The position numbers were made by a program, and so were the translations under genes. A stretch of 64,000 nt of DNA from a virus, in IMG/VR virus record IMGVR_UViG_3300045988_163643, positions 96,001-160,000 of that record; one strand, 5' to 3'. Every line of letters starts with the position of its first letter. The first letter of the stretch is position 1. The notes under the pieces were generated by a model that was given only the letters and a program-made list of their open reading frames with translations, did not search any database and was not told where the DNA came from. Below, one piece after another: positions 17,011-25,777 of the stretch.

Positions 17011-17402
17011 TGGAATTAAGGGCTATAAACAATATTAGTGCTGTAATTATAAGTACCGAAAATTGTAGTGAATATTTATTAAAAACAATTAACTTTATAA
17101 AATTAATTTATTACAATAATGAAATCTATATTAAACTATCTATTGAAGTATTTTCAGAAAAAGAAATAGAATTATATAAAAAGTTCATACAAAAAACAAT
17201 AGAAAAAGAAAAAAGTGAAGTATTTATAGATTTTTGTATAAAGGAAATAGATGCAAATGGTAAAAACCATAATAAATATAATCATTTAAGTTGTTCTTAT
17301 GGTATACCAAATAATATATGTTTATTAGAATTAAATTACACTGAAATTACATCAATAGATTATTATTTTAAAATTAATGATATTAATGAATTAAATTTAT
17401 AA
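17010..17402 (+). CDS. hypothetical protein (130 aa)
   Basis: GTG start after GAGGTGG; ORF track. Confidence 0.45.
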   Translation: MELRAINNISAVIISTENCSEYLLKTINFIKLIYYNNEIYIKLSIEVFSEKEIELYKKFIQKTIEKEKSEVFIDFCIKEIDANGKNHNKYNHLSCSYGIPNNICLLELNYTEITSIDYYFKINDINELNL

Positions 17403-17424
17403 TTAAAAAAGGAGAGATGTTATT

Positions 17425-17634
17425 ATGGCAAAAATTTCAAAGAGTATGAGTTTTAAAAATTTTAGTTTTCGTATTAATAAAGATGAAGTGTTAAATAAAG
17501 ATGTTATATATTTAGTTGAAGAAACTAAAGATGACCAATTATTCCATTCATTAGATGAAATATTAGAATATTTTGCTGATGAAGATGGATTATCAATGAC
17601 TATAAAAATAGAAAAGAACCTTGGCGAAGAATAG
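17425..17634 (+). CDS. hypothetical protein (69 aa)
   Basis: AAGGAGAG SD; ORF track. Confidence 0.45.
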   Translation: MAKISKSMSFKNFSFRINKDEVLNKDVIYLVEETKDDQLFHSLDEILEYFADEDGLSMTIKIEKNLGEE

Positions 17635-17671
17635 TAATTAAAAAAGAAAAAATAATCGAGGTGAAATAATA

Positions 17672-17941
17672 GTGATAACAAGTCCAAAAAGATTAAGAAG
17701 TAAACATGGGGTATTTAAAAAAGAATATGATATGATAGAATATCCTGAAGGTGTAGATATACAATTAGCTTATGAATTTAATGTTTATAACTTAGGTGAA
17801 GCAGATGTAGAAATACAATTTAATGAAGAAGGAGATTTCTTAACCTTAGAACCAGGTGAAGGATTTGAAGTTTCTCTACCTATAACTCATGCTGTAGTTA
17901 AAACAGATAATAGTAGGTTAAAATATTCTTATTGGTTTTGA
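17672..17941 (+). CDS. hypothetical protein (89 aa)
   Basis: GTG start after GAGGTGA; ORF track. Confidence 0.45.
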   Translation: MITSPKRLRSKHGVFKKEYDMIEYPEGVDIQLAYEFNVYNLGEADVEIQFNEEGDFLTLEPGEGFEVSLPITHAVVKTDNSRLKYSYWF

Positions 17942-17958
17942 TTTTTTCAAAAAAAGAG

Positions 17959-17987
17959 TTTACAAAAGTGGGTAAAAATGTTATATT
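17959..17987 (+). promoter_or_regulatory. sigma-A-type promoter with extended -10, different from the phage consensus
   Basis: TTTACA 17959-17964, 17-nt spacer ending TGT, TATATT 17982-17987; opens the non-coding island. Confidence 0.5.
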
Positions 17988-18008
17988 ATATATATAAGAT
18001 AAAATTAA

Positions 18009-18115
18009 AATAAGGCTAAAACAATTATTCCTTCTATATATCAAAAAACAATTAAAATTAGATTTTTCACCGTCTTACGGTGAAGTTAAAAAGTATAATT
18101 GTTAATCCCCTTATT
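18009..18115 (+). ncRNA. structured RNA module 1 of 4 (unclassified family)
   Basis: outer stem AATAAGG/CCTTATT; CTA; inner stem AACAATTAT/ATAATTGTT; TTCCTTCT directly after the 5' arm; internal hairpin TTCACCG-TCTTA-CGGTGAA; AATCC before closure. Confidence 0.55.
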
Positions 18116-18129
18116 AATAAATAAAATTA

Positions 18130-18211
18130 TGTTTGGCTATATTAATTATTCCTTCTAATTGGTGATAATAAAGGTATCGATTGTAAAAGTATAATTAATG
18201 ATTTCCAAACA
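18130..18211 (+). ncRNA. structured RNA module 2 of 4
   Basis: outer stem TGTTTGG/CCAAACA; CTA; inner stem TATTAATTAT/ATAATTAATG; TTCCTTCT; ATTT before closure. Confidence 0.55.
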
Positions 18212-18261
18212 ATATAATTTTATAATAAATATTTCATATACATCACCCCCTTTTATATATT

Positions 18262-18294
18262 ATATCCACTCAGTTCGTTTGAGTGGATATTTTT
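18262..18294 (+). terminator. rho-independent terminator between modules 2 and 3
   Basis: 10-bp stem ATATCCACTC/GAGTGGATAT, 9-nt loop, TTTT. Confidence 0.7.
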
Positions 18295-18365
18295 CGAAAG
18301 GCTATAATCAGTTTTCCTTCTATATATAATACATGTGGATGATTTAAATTGATTAATTCCTTTTG
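18295..18365 (+). ncRNA. structured RNA module 3 of 4
   Basis: outer stem CGAAAGG/CCTTTTG; CTA; inner stem TAATCAGTTT/AAATTGATTA (one G-U); TTCCTTCT; ATT before closure. Confidence 0.55.
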
Positions 18366-18370
18366 ATAGT

Positions 18371-18462
18371 ATGTCGCATTATATATGGCTATGTTTACTC
18401 TTCCTTCTTTTCTATTGGCTGAGATTTAGAATAAACAATTTCCATTAATTATAATGCGACAT
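18371..18462 (+). ncRNA. structured RNA module 4 of 4, with an extra 12-bp clamp
   Basis: clamp ATGTCGCATTAT/ATAATGCGACAT; outer ATGG/CCAT; CTA; inner stem TGTTTACTC/GAATAAACA (one mismatch); TTCCTTCT; ATTT. Confidence 0.5.
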
Positions 18463-18554
18463 TTTATTATTTATATGTTGAATAGATGGTTATAATAATC
18501 TTTATCTCCATGTATTGAATATATAAAATATTAAAATTAAGGAGTTGGTATTTA

Positions 18555-20660
18555 ATGAAAGAAATGAACACTATATATTTAAGAAGAAGAAATAAGGTAA
18601 TAGTTAATCTTAATAGTGATGATAGTGAAAAAGTGAGCGAACAAATAATAGCAACTTCATTAGTAAATTTAGAAAGTTATGGGTATACATTTTCAGAAAA
18701 ACTTATGGAAGAATTAAAATTATTATCTGTTGAACAATATATGGATTTTTATAATATGATAACATCAATAATTAAAGAATTAGTAGGAGTAGATAAAATT
18801 ACAGAACCTATGTATCCTAATTTTCCACAGCAAGTAATGGAAATGGATGAAGTTGAATTATATCTTAATGCAATAATTCATTATATTACTGATGGTCAAT
18901 TAGTTCCTGAGTATGAGAAAAAAGAAAGATTTCCTTTAATAGGAAATTATGACTTAACTGTTATAGACTTAGGAAGTGTTGAAGATTTCAATACAATATT
19001 TACTAATTTAGTATCATCTAAAGTAAGTATATCTGCTTCAGATAAATTAGATGTATCATGGTTTTTAAAAAAATTCAATAAAGAGTATTTAAAAGAAATC
19101 ATGCCTAAAGAAATTCCATTTAAAGAAATATTAAGTTATGTTACTATGGAATTATGGTATGGTGAATATGATAGTGACATTAAAGAAATATTAATACCTT
19201 ATTATAAAACAGCAACAGATGTCTTAAGATTAGCAACAGCTTTAAGCGATGGAGATGAAAGTCTATCAGAGTCTTGTTGTTATAATTCATTTAAAAGAAA
19301 AGATAGAAGAATACTATTAACAATGTTAGAAAATGCAAACAACATAGAAGAAGATATGCTTAGATATAAAGACAGATGGATAAGATTAGGAGAAGTATTG
19401 CATCCAGGTGAATATAAGAAATTTAAAAAAGTTAATAGAGCATTTGACAAAATAAGAAATGGTAAAAAAATAGATACATTTAATAGCAATATAGAAAAGG
19501 CATTTGAAGAAGAAGATTTAGATAAAGTTCTTGAATTATTAACTAGTAGACCTGGTGAATTTGCTAGAAGATTAGACAGGACTCTTAGATTAGCAATAAA
19601 TAAAGATGAAAGCAACAAAATAGTATTAGCATTTAGTCAAATAGCTGAAAAAATTCCTACACCTCTTTTATTACAGATTAGAAGTTATTTCATAAAAAGA
19701 AAAGAAAATAACAGCTTAAGAGTTTTCTCAATAAAAGGTTCAGGAAAATTATATGGTAAAGAAAATGACTTAAAAGAATTAGATGAAGTTACTTGTACTA
19801 GAATAGAAAACATTTGTAATCTTAGATTAATGAATGAATATTCTAAAAGAGATTATTTGGGTAAAGTTTATATAGATGAAGAATTAAAAGATTATATAGC
19901 TCCAATGTCTCAAAGAAATTCCAGTAAAGCATTAAAATCAGTTGCAAAAGGTAGTAAGATGAAAATAAAAGATGGAGCAAAATTTTTAAGAAATTTTGTA
20001 TATTGGAAACAAAAAGACGGCTATAGAGTAGATTTAGACTTGAGTGCAGTGTGTTTTGATAATGAATTAGAAGTTATTGATGAAATATGGTATCGTAATT
20101 TAAGAGGTTACAAAACAAATATTTGTCATAGTGGAGATTTTGTATCAGCCAAAGATGGAGCAAGTGAATTCATTGACATTGATATTGAAAAACCTAAAGA
20201 TTGTGGAGTTAGATACATCTTAGTTTCAATAAATAGTTTTACAGAATATCGCTTTAGCGAATTAGAAGATTGTTTTATGGGTTATATGGAATTAGACAAT
20301 AATACAACTGGTGAAGTATTTGAACCAAAAGCAGTAGCAAATAAATCTGATTTAAGTTCTGATTGTGAACAAGTAATTGCTAATATAATAGATTTAGAAG
20401 AAATGTGTATTTATTGGGCAGATGTCCCAGTAACAAAGAGTTTTGGATGTAACGACATAAAATTTAATAGAAAAAATTTAACATATACTTTAGAATCAAT
20501 AATAAACATATGCAAACCTAATTTATACGATGTAATATTTATGAATGCAATTGCTAGAGGAGAAATAGTAGATAATAAAGAAGAAGCAGAAGTAGTCTAT
20601 TCAATAGATGGAGACGTTACACCATTCGATGTAGATATAATTGTCGGAGAATATATATAA
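18555..20660 (+). CDS. large protein with a C-terminal TerD-like domain (701 aa)
   Basis: VDLDLSAVCFDNE...NICHSGDFVSAKDGASEFIDIDIEKP...RYILVSINSF matches the TerD-family pattern; the N-terminal 480 aa look helical and carry no motif I recognise. Confidence 0.6.
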   Translation: MKEMNTIYLRRRNKVIVNLNSDDSEKVSEQIIATSLVNLESYGYTFSEKLMEELKLLSVEQYMDFYNMITSIIKELVGVDKITEPMYPNFPQQVMEMDEVELYLNAIIHYITDGQLVPEYEKKERFPLIGNYDLTVIDLGSVEDFNTIFTNLVSSKVSISASDKLDVSWFLKKFNKEYLKEIMPKEIPFKEILSYVTMELWYGEYDSDIKEILIPYYKTATDVLRLATALSDGDESLSESCCYNSFKRKDRRILLTMLENANNIEEDMLRYKDRWIRLGEVLHPGEYKKFKKVNRAFDKIRNGKKIDTFNSNIEKAFEEEDLDKVLELLTSRPGEFARRLDRTLRLAINKDESNKIVLAFSQIAEKIPTPLLLQIRSYFIKRKENNSLRVFSIKGSGKLYGKENDLKELDEVTCTRIENICNLRLMNEYSKRDYLGKVYIDEELKDYIAPMSQRNSSKALKSVAKGSKMKIKDGAKFLRNFVYWKQKDGYRVDLDLSAVCFDNELEVIDEIWYRNLRGYKTNICHSGDFVSAKDGASEFIDIDIEKPKDCGVRYILVSINSFTEYRFSELEDCFMGYMELDNNTTGEVFEPKAVANKSDLSSDCEQVIANIIDLEEMCIYWADVPVTKSFGCNDIKFNRKNLTYTLESIINICKPNLYDVIFMNAIARGEIVDNKEEAEVVYSIDGDVTPFDVDIIVGEYI

Positions 20661-20668
20661 TAATTTAT

Positions 20669-20698
20669 GGTAGAAAAGTAATTTTCTACCTTTTTTTT
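20669..20698 (+). terminator. rho-independent terminator
   Basis: GGTAGAAAA/TTTTCTACC stem followed by T8. Confidence 0.75.
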
Positions 20699-20699
20699 A

Positions 20700-20728
20700 T
20701 TTACTTTTAATAAGAGTTTTAGTATAAT
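20700..20728 (+). promoter_or_regulatory. phage-consensus promoter
   Basis: TTTACT 20700-20705, 17-nt spacer, TATAAT 20723-20728. Confidence 0.55.
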
Positions 20729-20770
20729 ATAAGTAAAGGATAATAGTAGATATAAAAGGAGAGATTGTAT

Positions 20771-22018
20771 ATGTTAGATGAAAAGTTCTTAAAAAGAGAA
20801 GATGAAACATTAGAAGAATATCAACTGAGATTATCCGTAATGAAACTAAAAGATGGAGAAGACATAGAATGGCAAGATATTAAAGAATTATTAAACAGTG
20901 ATGAACATAGAGATACGCTTAGAAGAAAAGGAAAAGGTCTTGTCATGGCTTATGATATATATGAAGAAAAGATAGCAAAATTAGAAGATGAATATTATTA
21001 TAAACTTAAAAAAATGAAAGAAAAAGTCGATGAAGAAATAGAAGATAAAAGATTGAGAGACATACAAAATAAAGTAAATCAATTGCAAAAAGAAAAACAA
21101 AAACTTAAAGATGAAAGAAATCATATAAATGCAGAAAGAAGAATAGTAGCTAGAGTAGAGCATTTAATTGAATGCACTAAAGATGAAATAGAAGAATTAA
21201 ATAAAACTAAACCATTACTTGGAAATATTGATTTAGTAAAAACAGTTTCAGAAAAAGAAGGAGTAGTTTTATTATCAGATATACATTATGGAGCTGAAAC
21301 AGATAATATATTAGATTGTTATAATCCACAAATATGTGAAAAGAAATTAAATTATTATTGTAAAAAAGTAATAGAATATGGAGAGTTAAACAATCTTTCT
21401 ACAATTCATATGTTGGGATTAGGTGATTTTATATCAGGATTAATACATAATGTAAATAGATTTGATTCAAGACTATTAATAACAGAACAAGTTGTAAAAA
21501 TAAGTGAGCTTATAGCAGAATTTATAAATGAATTAAGTAAACATTTTTATGTTAAATATGCAATAATAAATGGTAATCATAGTAGAATAGTTGCTGAAAA
21601 AGATAATAGTAGAGAAGAAGAGAATTTTACAGAATTTATTAGACCATTTGTAATGAATAGATTAGCTGAAAATAAAAATGTAGAATATATAAATCATAAA
21701 GATTGTGGAATTATTGAAGTGGATGTTTTAGGAAATAAATGTTTAGCAATACATGGAGATAATGATAGAGATAGAAATTTAGATAGATTAATACAAATGT
21801 ATGATTATCCTATTGATTATATATTTAGAGGACATTTCCACCAATCAAAACAATTTGATGTTAATAATACTACAGTTGTTTGTTCAGGTGCATTCGGAAG
21901 TGAGGGTTATGCAAAGAAAGGAAGACTTTATAATAAACCTATTCAAAAATTCCTAGTATTCAATAAAGAAGGAATGATATGTTCTTATGACATAAATTTA
22001 AATAATTATAAAAAATAA
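20771..22018 (+). CDS. calcineurin-like metallophosphoesterase with an N-terminal coiled coil
   Basis: LLSDIHYG, GLGDFISG, INGNHS, AIHGD and RGHFH motifs in canonical order; ATG 20771 preferred over TTG 20765 on SD spacing. Confidence 0.75.
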   Translation: MLDEKFLKREDETLEEYQLRLSVMKLKDGEDIEWQDIKELLNSDEHRDTLRRKGKGLVMAYDIYEEKIAKLEDEYYYKLKKMKEKVDEEIEDKRLRDIQNKVNQLQKEKQKLKDERNHINAERRIVARVEHLIECTKDEIEELNKTKPLLGNIDLVKTVSEKEGVVLLSDIHYGAETDNILDCYNPQICEKKLNYYCKKVIEYGELNNLSTIHMLGLGDFISGLIHNVNRFDSRLLITEQVVKISELIAEFINELSKHFYVKYAIINGNHSRIVAEKDNSREEENFTEFIRPFVMNRLAENKNVEYINHKDCGIIEVDVLGNKCLAIHGDNDRDRNLDRLIQMYDYPIDYIFRGHFHQSKQFDVNNTTVVCSGAFGSEGYAKKGRLYNKPIQKFLVFNKEGMICSYDINLNNYKK

Positions 22019-22082
22019 ATATTATATAGTGAGAGATTAATCAAAAATATTAAAAATGTAAAAAGTAGTCTTATAAAAATAG

Positions 22083-22134
22083 TGTAAGTTAATGTGGAAG
22101 GACGGTTTCACAGCTTACAATTTCCTTCTTTTTT
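22083..22134 (+). terminator. compound hairpin followed by a T run
   Basis: TGTAAG...CTTACA enclosing GTGGAA/TTTCAC, then TTCTTTTTT. Confidence 0.4.
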
Positions 22135-22185
22135 ACTATACTATTCTTATAATAATCTATATTTACTTTAATATCTCTCCGATTT

Positions 22186-22223
22186 GGGTATCATAGTCCT
22201 TTCAACTATGATACCCTTTTTTT
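22186..22223 (+). terminator. rho-independent terminator
   Basis: 11-bp stem GGGTATCATAG/CTATGATACCC followed by T7. Confidence 0.75.
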
Positions 22224-22250
22224 ATTATATAAAACAGAAAGGAGAAAAAT

Positions 22251-22732
22251 ATGGCAAAAGCAAAAAAAGAAATAAAGAAAATAATATGTACTACTTGTGG
22301 AAGAGAATTGCCTGAAAAAGATTTTGGTAAATCTTACTCATTTAGAGACAAACTAAATGGAAGGTTACCAATTTGCAAAGACTGTTGTGCTAGTTTATAT
22401 GATAAGCTAATGGTAGATTATCAAGATGAAATGAAAGCATTATATAGATTTTGTATGATATTAGATTTATATTTTTCTAAGGATACAGTTATGGGATTAA
22501 TAAGTAAGAATAGAAATTCCGAAAGTAATCTTGGATATTTATATGTATTAAAATATAACTTAGTACAATATAAAAATAAAACATTCCAAGATACAACGGC
22601 ATTTGTAAATATATTTGGTATGACTGAAGAAGAAATGGAAGAAGCATTATATTTGAATACTGAAAAAACAAAAGAAGAAATAGAAAGAAAAACTAAAAAA
22701 ATAGTTACACCAGAAGTAATCAAACGTTGGGG
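22251..22732 (+). CDS. terS: putative terminase small subunit, exon 1 of 2
   Basis: gene immediately upstream of and overlapping terL; N-terminal CxxC...CxxC; the ORF-track tail 22733-22754 is read-through into the intron. Confidence 0.5.
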
Positions 22733-23101
22733 TAATTGCCCCCTATGTTTATAAAAAACATAGCAAACCTTTTGAATTGCTGGAAACCCCTAAAGCTTAA
22801 CACACTACAACGTGGCTAGAAATGGCGAACGTGAATGTTACGAAAGTAGAAAAAAGTTGTTAAGATGATATATGGTTAAATCCTAAGTATCTACAATAAT
22901 GGGCAATCAGCAACTAAGATTCTAAGTGATGATTTGTCATATGAATAAAGTCCAACGACTAGATAGGAATATCGTACACTCAAGCGAGTGGAAGTGGAAG
23001 GTATCCTATAAATATAGGATAATGATATAGTCTAATCTCATATGAAAGTATGAGCAGTCGAAAGACGGTATGTATGTAGCGAATACATATGAATATAAAT
23101 G
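22733..23101 (+). mobile_element. group I intron, family 1, ORF-less (369 nt; boundaries +/-1)
   Basis: P1 GGGG(T)/(G)CCCC; conserved blocks AATTGCTGG, CCTAAAGC, GGTTAAATCCTAAG, CAACGACTAG, GATATAGTCT; helix CTTAACA/TGTTAAG; removal joins the two ORFs in frame (999 nt). Confidence 0.8.
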
Positions 23102-23618
23102 TTCTGATTTAGAGTTAGACGATTATATTTTTCTCGAAGATAGATATAATCAGATGCTTTTAGCCTATGATGATAAGAATCCTTCATCCCTGTGGTCATA
23201 TCAAGAAATATGTATGAATTATTTACTCCTTAGAAAAGATAGGGGAAATGTTCAACTTCAAAAAAGTATCCAAGAAATTAATAGTAAATTACAAGCAGAT
23301 TGTAAAATGAAGTTATCGCAAATAGATAATGATGATGATGATAATGCTTGTTTTGGAAAGTTTATAGATAAAATAGAATTATATGAACCATGTAATAAAA
23401 AATTACCATTCTTTGAAGATATAGATGGAATAAGACAATACTTAAAAAGATGGTTCGTTTTGCCTTTTGCGAAACAGTGGAAACTAGCTAAAAATGATGT
23501 ATTAGAAGGAGAGGAAGGAATAGAAGATTATGAGGATGTAGATAAAATATATAATGAACAAAATAAGAATAAAGCTGAAGTAGAGAATGAAGTAGGTGAG
23601 GAAGACAATGACAAGTAG
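23102..23618 (+). CDS. terS: putative terminase small subunit, exon 2 of 2
   Basis: in frame with exon 1 after intron removal; the ATG at 23070 in the ORF track lies inside the intron. Confidence 0.5.
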
Positions 23619-24158
23619 TGTAAAAGAAAATATTGAAGAAGAAAAAATACTTTCTGACGAAGTCATGAAAAGTCCTCATAAAAAAAGAAGAAATTTATCC
23701 CAAAGAAAAAAAGATAGATTAAATGAAGGTATGAAAATATGGACTGCATTTTATCGTTTGAATATCCATAGATTCGCACTGGATTTTTTGGGACTTAATT
23801 TATATCCGTTCCAAATTATATTGCTTTATATGATGAATATAATGTATAGCACTTGCCTAATATGTGCCAGAGGGTTATCGAAATCATATATGACAGCAAT
23901 ATTTCTTTGTTGTAAAGCAATATTATATCCAAATAGTTTAATTGTAGTTTCTTGTTCAACTAAGGAACAAGCCAGAAATCTTATAAAGGAGAAGATAGCT
24001 AAAGAACTATGTTCTCAGTCGAAAATGTTAAATAGAGAAATTGCTAAAGTAGTCACCGGTACTAATGAAACAGTGGTAATCTTCAATAACGGTAGTACTA
24101 TTCAAGCAGTAAATGCTTCTCAAAATACAAGAGGTCTTCGTTGCCATGTACTCGTGGT
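23608..24158 (+). CDS. terL: terminase large subunit, exon 1 of 3
   Basis: Walker-A-like region and ...RGLRCHVLVV ending just before the Walker B DE; ATG 23608 (or GTG 23596) after GGTGAGG. Confidence 0.8.
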
Positions 24159-24481
24159 AGTTATCTGCCTAGATATACATATATATAAAAGTATATCCGT
24201 AATTGGGTAAAATCGGTAAAAGCTAAGTTCTTATAGAATATGCCAATACCGAGTTAACTGATAAAATTAAAAAGTTATCAGCAATGTAGAGCATAGTAGG
24301 TGAACCTTGCGAACTATTATTAGATAGTTCTTTTTAATTGCAAGAATATAATCTTACCAAGAGTACCCAACACCTTATTGTATAAGGTGAAAATGTATGC
24401 CAAGCTTGTAGGAAACTATAAGAGGTGGATGTGTGAATTGACACACTATTAATAGATAAAAAGCTCCACGATAAAACTTTG
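24159..24481 (+). mobile_element. group I-type intron, family 2, ORF-less (323 nt)
   Basis: exon ends GTGGT, intron ends G; helices covary with its sister intron (TTGGGTA/TACCCAA, CTGATAA/TTATCAG, CTTGC/GCAAG); removal gives ...HVLVVDEYRMIQ. Confidence 0.75.
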
Positions 24482-24645
24482 AGATGAGTACAGAATGATA
24501 CAAGGAGGTTTTGATACTTTAAACTCAGTATTAAGACCATTCTTAAACTGTGTTAGAATACCAAAATTTAAAAATAGAGATGATGGAAAATACGCAGATT
24601 ATCCAACTGAGGAAAACCAAGAAATTTACTTAAGTAGTGCGTGGT
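24482..24645 (+). CDS. terL: terminase large subunit, exon 2 of 3 (164 nt)
   Basis: encodes (V)DEYRMIQGGFDTLNSVLRPFLNCVRIPKF...EIYLSSAW, carrying the Walker B DE missing from exon 1; not called by the ORF track. Confidence 0.75.
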
Positions 24646-24751
24646 AAATTCGTGCCACTTTATATAGCGATATATAAAACAAATTGGGCAAAATCGGTCA
24701 TAGTAAATCGTGAGATTAAGCTGATAAGAGAGACTAAGTATTGTTTAAAAT

Positions 24752-24780
24752 TTTACTTTTAATAAAAAATATAGTATAAT
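24752..24780 (+). promoter_or_regulatory. phage-consensus promoter inside the intron, driving the endonuclease
   Basis: TTTACT 24752-24757, 17-nt spacer, TATAAT 24775-24780. Confidence 0.55.
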
Positions 24781-24805
24781 ATAAGTAATGGGGGTGAATA
24801 TTAAA

Positions 24806-25537
24806 ATGAATAAAATAACTACAGAAATAGCATTAAAACGAATTAATGATAAAATAAAAGAAACTAATACAACATTATATGTTGTTAATTTTGAATATGT
24901 AAAAAAGAAAAGTATAATTTATATGAAATGTAGAGTATGTGGAAAAGAAGTTGAAAGAGATTATTGGAGATTTATTCATGCAGGTGGAAAATGTGAATGC
25001 CAATATAAATATAGAAGATGGACTGAAGAAAGATGCATAGAATTAATAAAAAATAATGATTATAATGATGAATATGAATTTGTAAATTTCAATACAGGAG
25101 CTAATATTACAATAAAACATAACATATGTAATCATGAATTTACTAGAGCTTCTTGGAATATAAAAGACAATGGTTTAAAATGTCCATCATGTTATCCACT
25201 TGATAGTGCAGGAGAATTGAATATTGAGAATTATTTAAAATCAAAAAATATTTTATATCAAAAACAGAAAAGATTTAAAGGATGTAAAAATAAAAAGACA
25301 TTACCATTTGATTTTTATTTACCACAATATAATTGTTGTATAGAATTCGATGGCGAACAACATTTTAAACCTGTCGAACACTTAGGTGGAGAAAAACACT
25401 ATAATAATACAGTCATAAATGATGGAATAAAAAATGAATTTTGTAGAAAAAATAATATACTTTTATTAAGAGTACCTTTTTATAAAATAAATGATGTAAA
25501 TGATATTATTGAAAATTTTTTAAACAATATAAGTTAA
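24806..25537 (+). CDS. intron-encoded homing endonuclease: 2 zinc-ribbon repeats plus a Vsr/DUF559-like nuclease domain
   Basis: C-terminal LPFDFYLPQYNCCIEFDGEQHF...ILLLRVPFY shared with three other intron ORFs; ATG 24806 matches the SD spacing of its paralogs (the ORF track starts at 24788). Confidence 0.7.
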   Translation: MNKITTEIALKRINDKIKETNTTLYVVNFEYVKKKSIIYMKCRVCGKEVERDYWRFIHAGGKCECQYKYRRWTEERCIELIKNNDYNDEYEFVNFNTGANITIKHNICNHEFTRASWNIKDNGLKCPSCYPLDSAGELNIENYLKSKNILYQKQKRFKGCKNKKTLPFDFYLPQYNCCIEFDGEQHFKPVEHLGGEKHYNNTVINDGIKNEFCRKNNILLLRVPFYKINDVNDIIENFLNNIS

Positions 25538-25777
25538 TACCGAGGTAAGATAGAAAATTAAAAAGTTCTATCCACCGTAACGCATAGAGATTGAACCTTT
25601 GTAAGAACTATTATATAATAGTTCTTTTTTGATTACAAAGAATAAAATATCTCCAAGAGTGCCCACTTCTATATTGTATAGAAGAAAATATATGCTGGAC
25701 TGGGTATGAATCGACATACCATAATGCGAGGAAACTCCCAGAACTAGAGGATAAAAAGCCTTTAGGGTAACAAAACG

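Larger units (their letters stand above)
24646..25777 (+). mobile_element. group I-type intron, family 2, carrying a homing endonuclease (1,132 nt)
   Basis: P1 GTGGT/GCCAC with terminal U-G; intron ends G; helices TGGGCA/TGCCCA, GATAGAA/TTCTATC, TTTGTAA/TTACAAA covary with the sister intron; ORF sits in the loop of TCGGT/ACCGA. Confidence 0.75.

Noticed and set aside
18009-18462. The four RNA modules as tRNA genes or small minus-strand ORFs (TTCCTTCT is the complement of an SD)
   Set aside because: No cloverleaf fits: there is no T-loop GTTCRANYC and stem lengths are wrong. On the minus strand each AGAAGGAA is followed only by a TTG three nt downstream of AGAAGGAA and a stop two codons later.
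22020-22250. Possible ncRNA or pac-site structure between the phosphoesterase gene and terS
   Set aside because: The hairpins are each followed by T runs and are adequately explained as two tandem terminators. No repeat or conserved motif links them to the RNA modules at 18009-18462 beyond a chance TTCCTTCT-like run.
22733-22754. ORF-track extensions and starts at intron borders (22733-22754, 23070-23101, 24159-24210, 29217-29236, 37373-37418, 37567-37579, 45090-45112, 46362-46431, 46579-46610, 54403-54410)
   Set aside because: These are read-through into, or fortuitous ATG/TTG starts within, intron sequence. They disappear once the introns are removed and the frames joined.
24159-25777. Group II intron or intein as the explanation for the terL interruptions
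   Set aside because: There is no GUGYG 5' end, domain V-like hairpin or reverse transcriptase ORF. The interruptions contain stop codons in all frames, so they cannot be inteins. The U-G at P1 and the terminal G fit group I.
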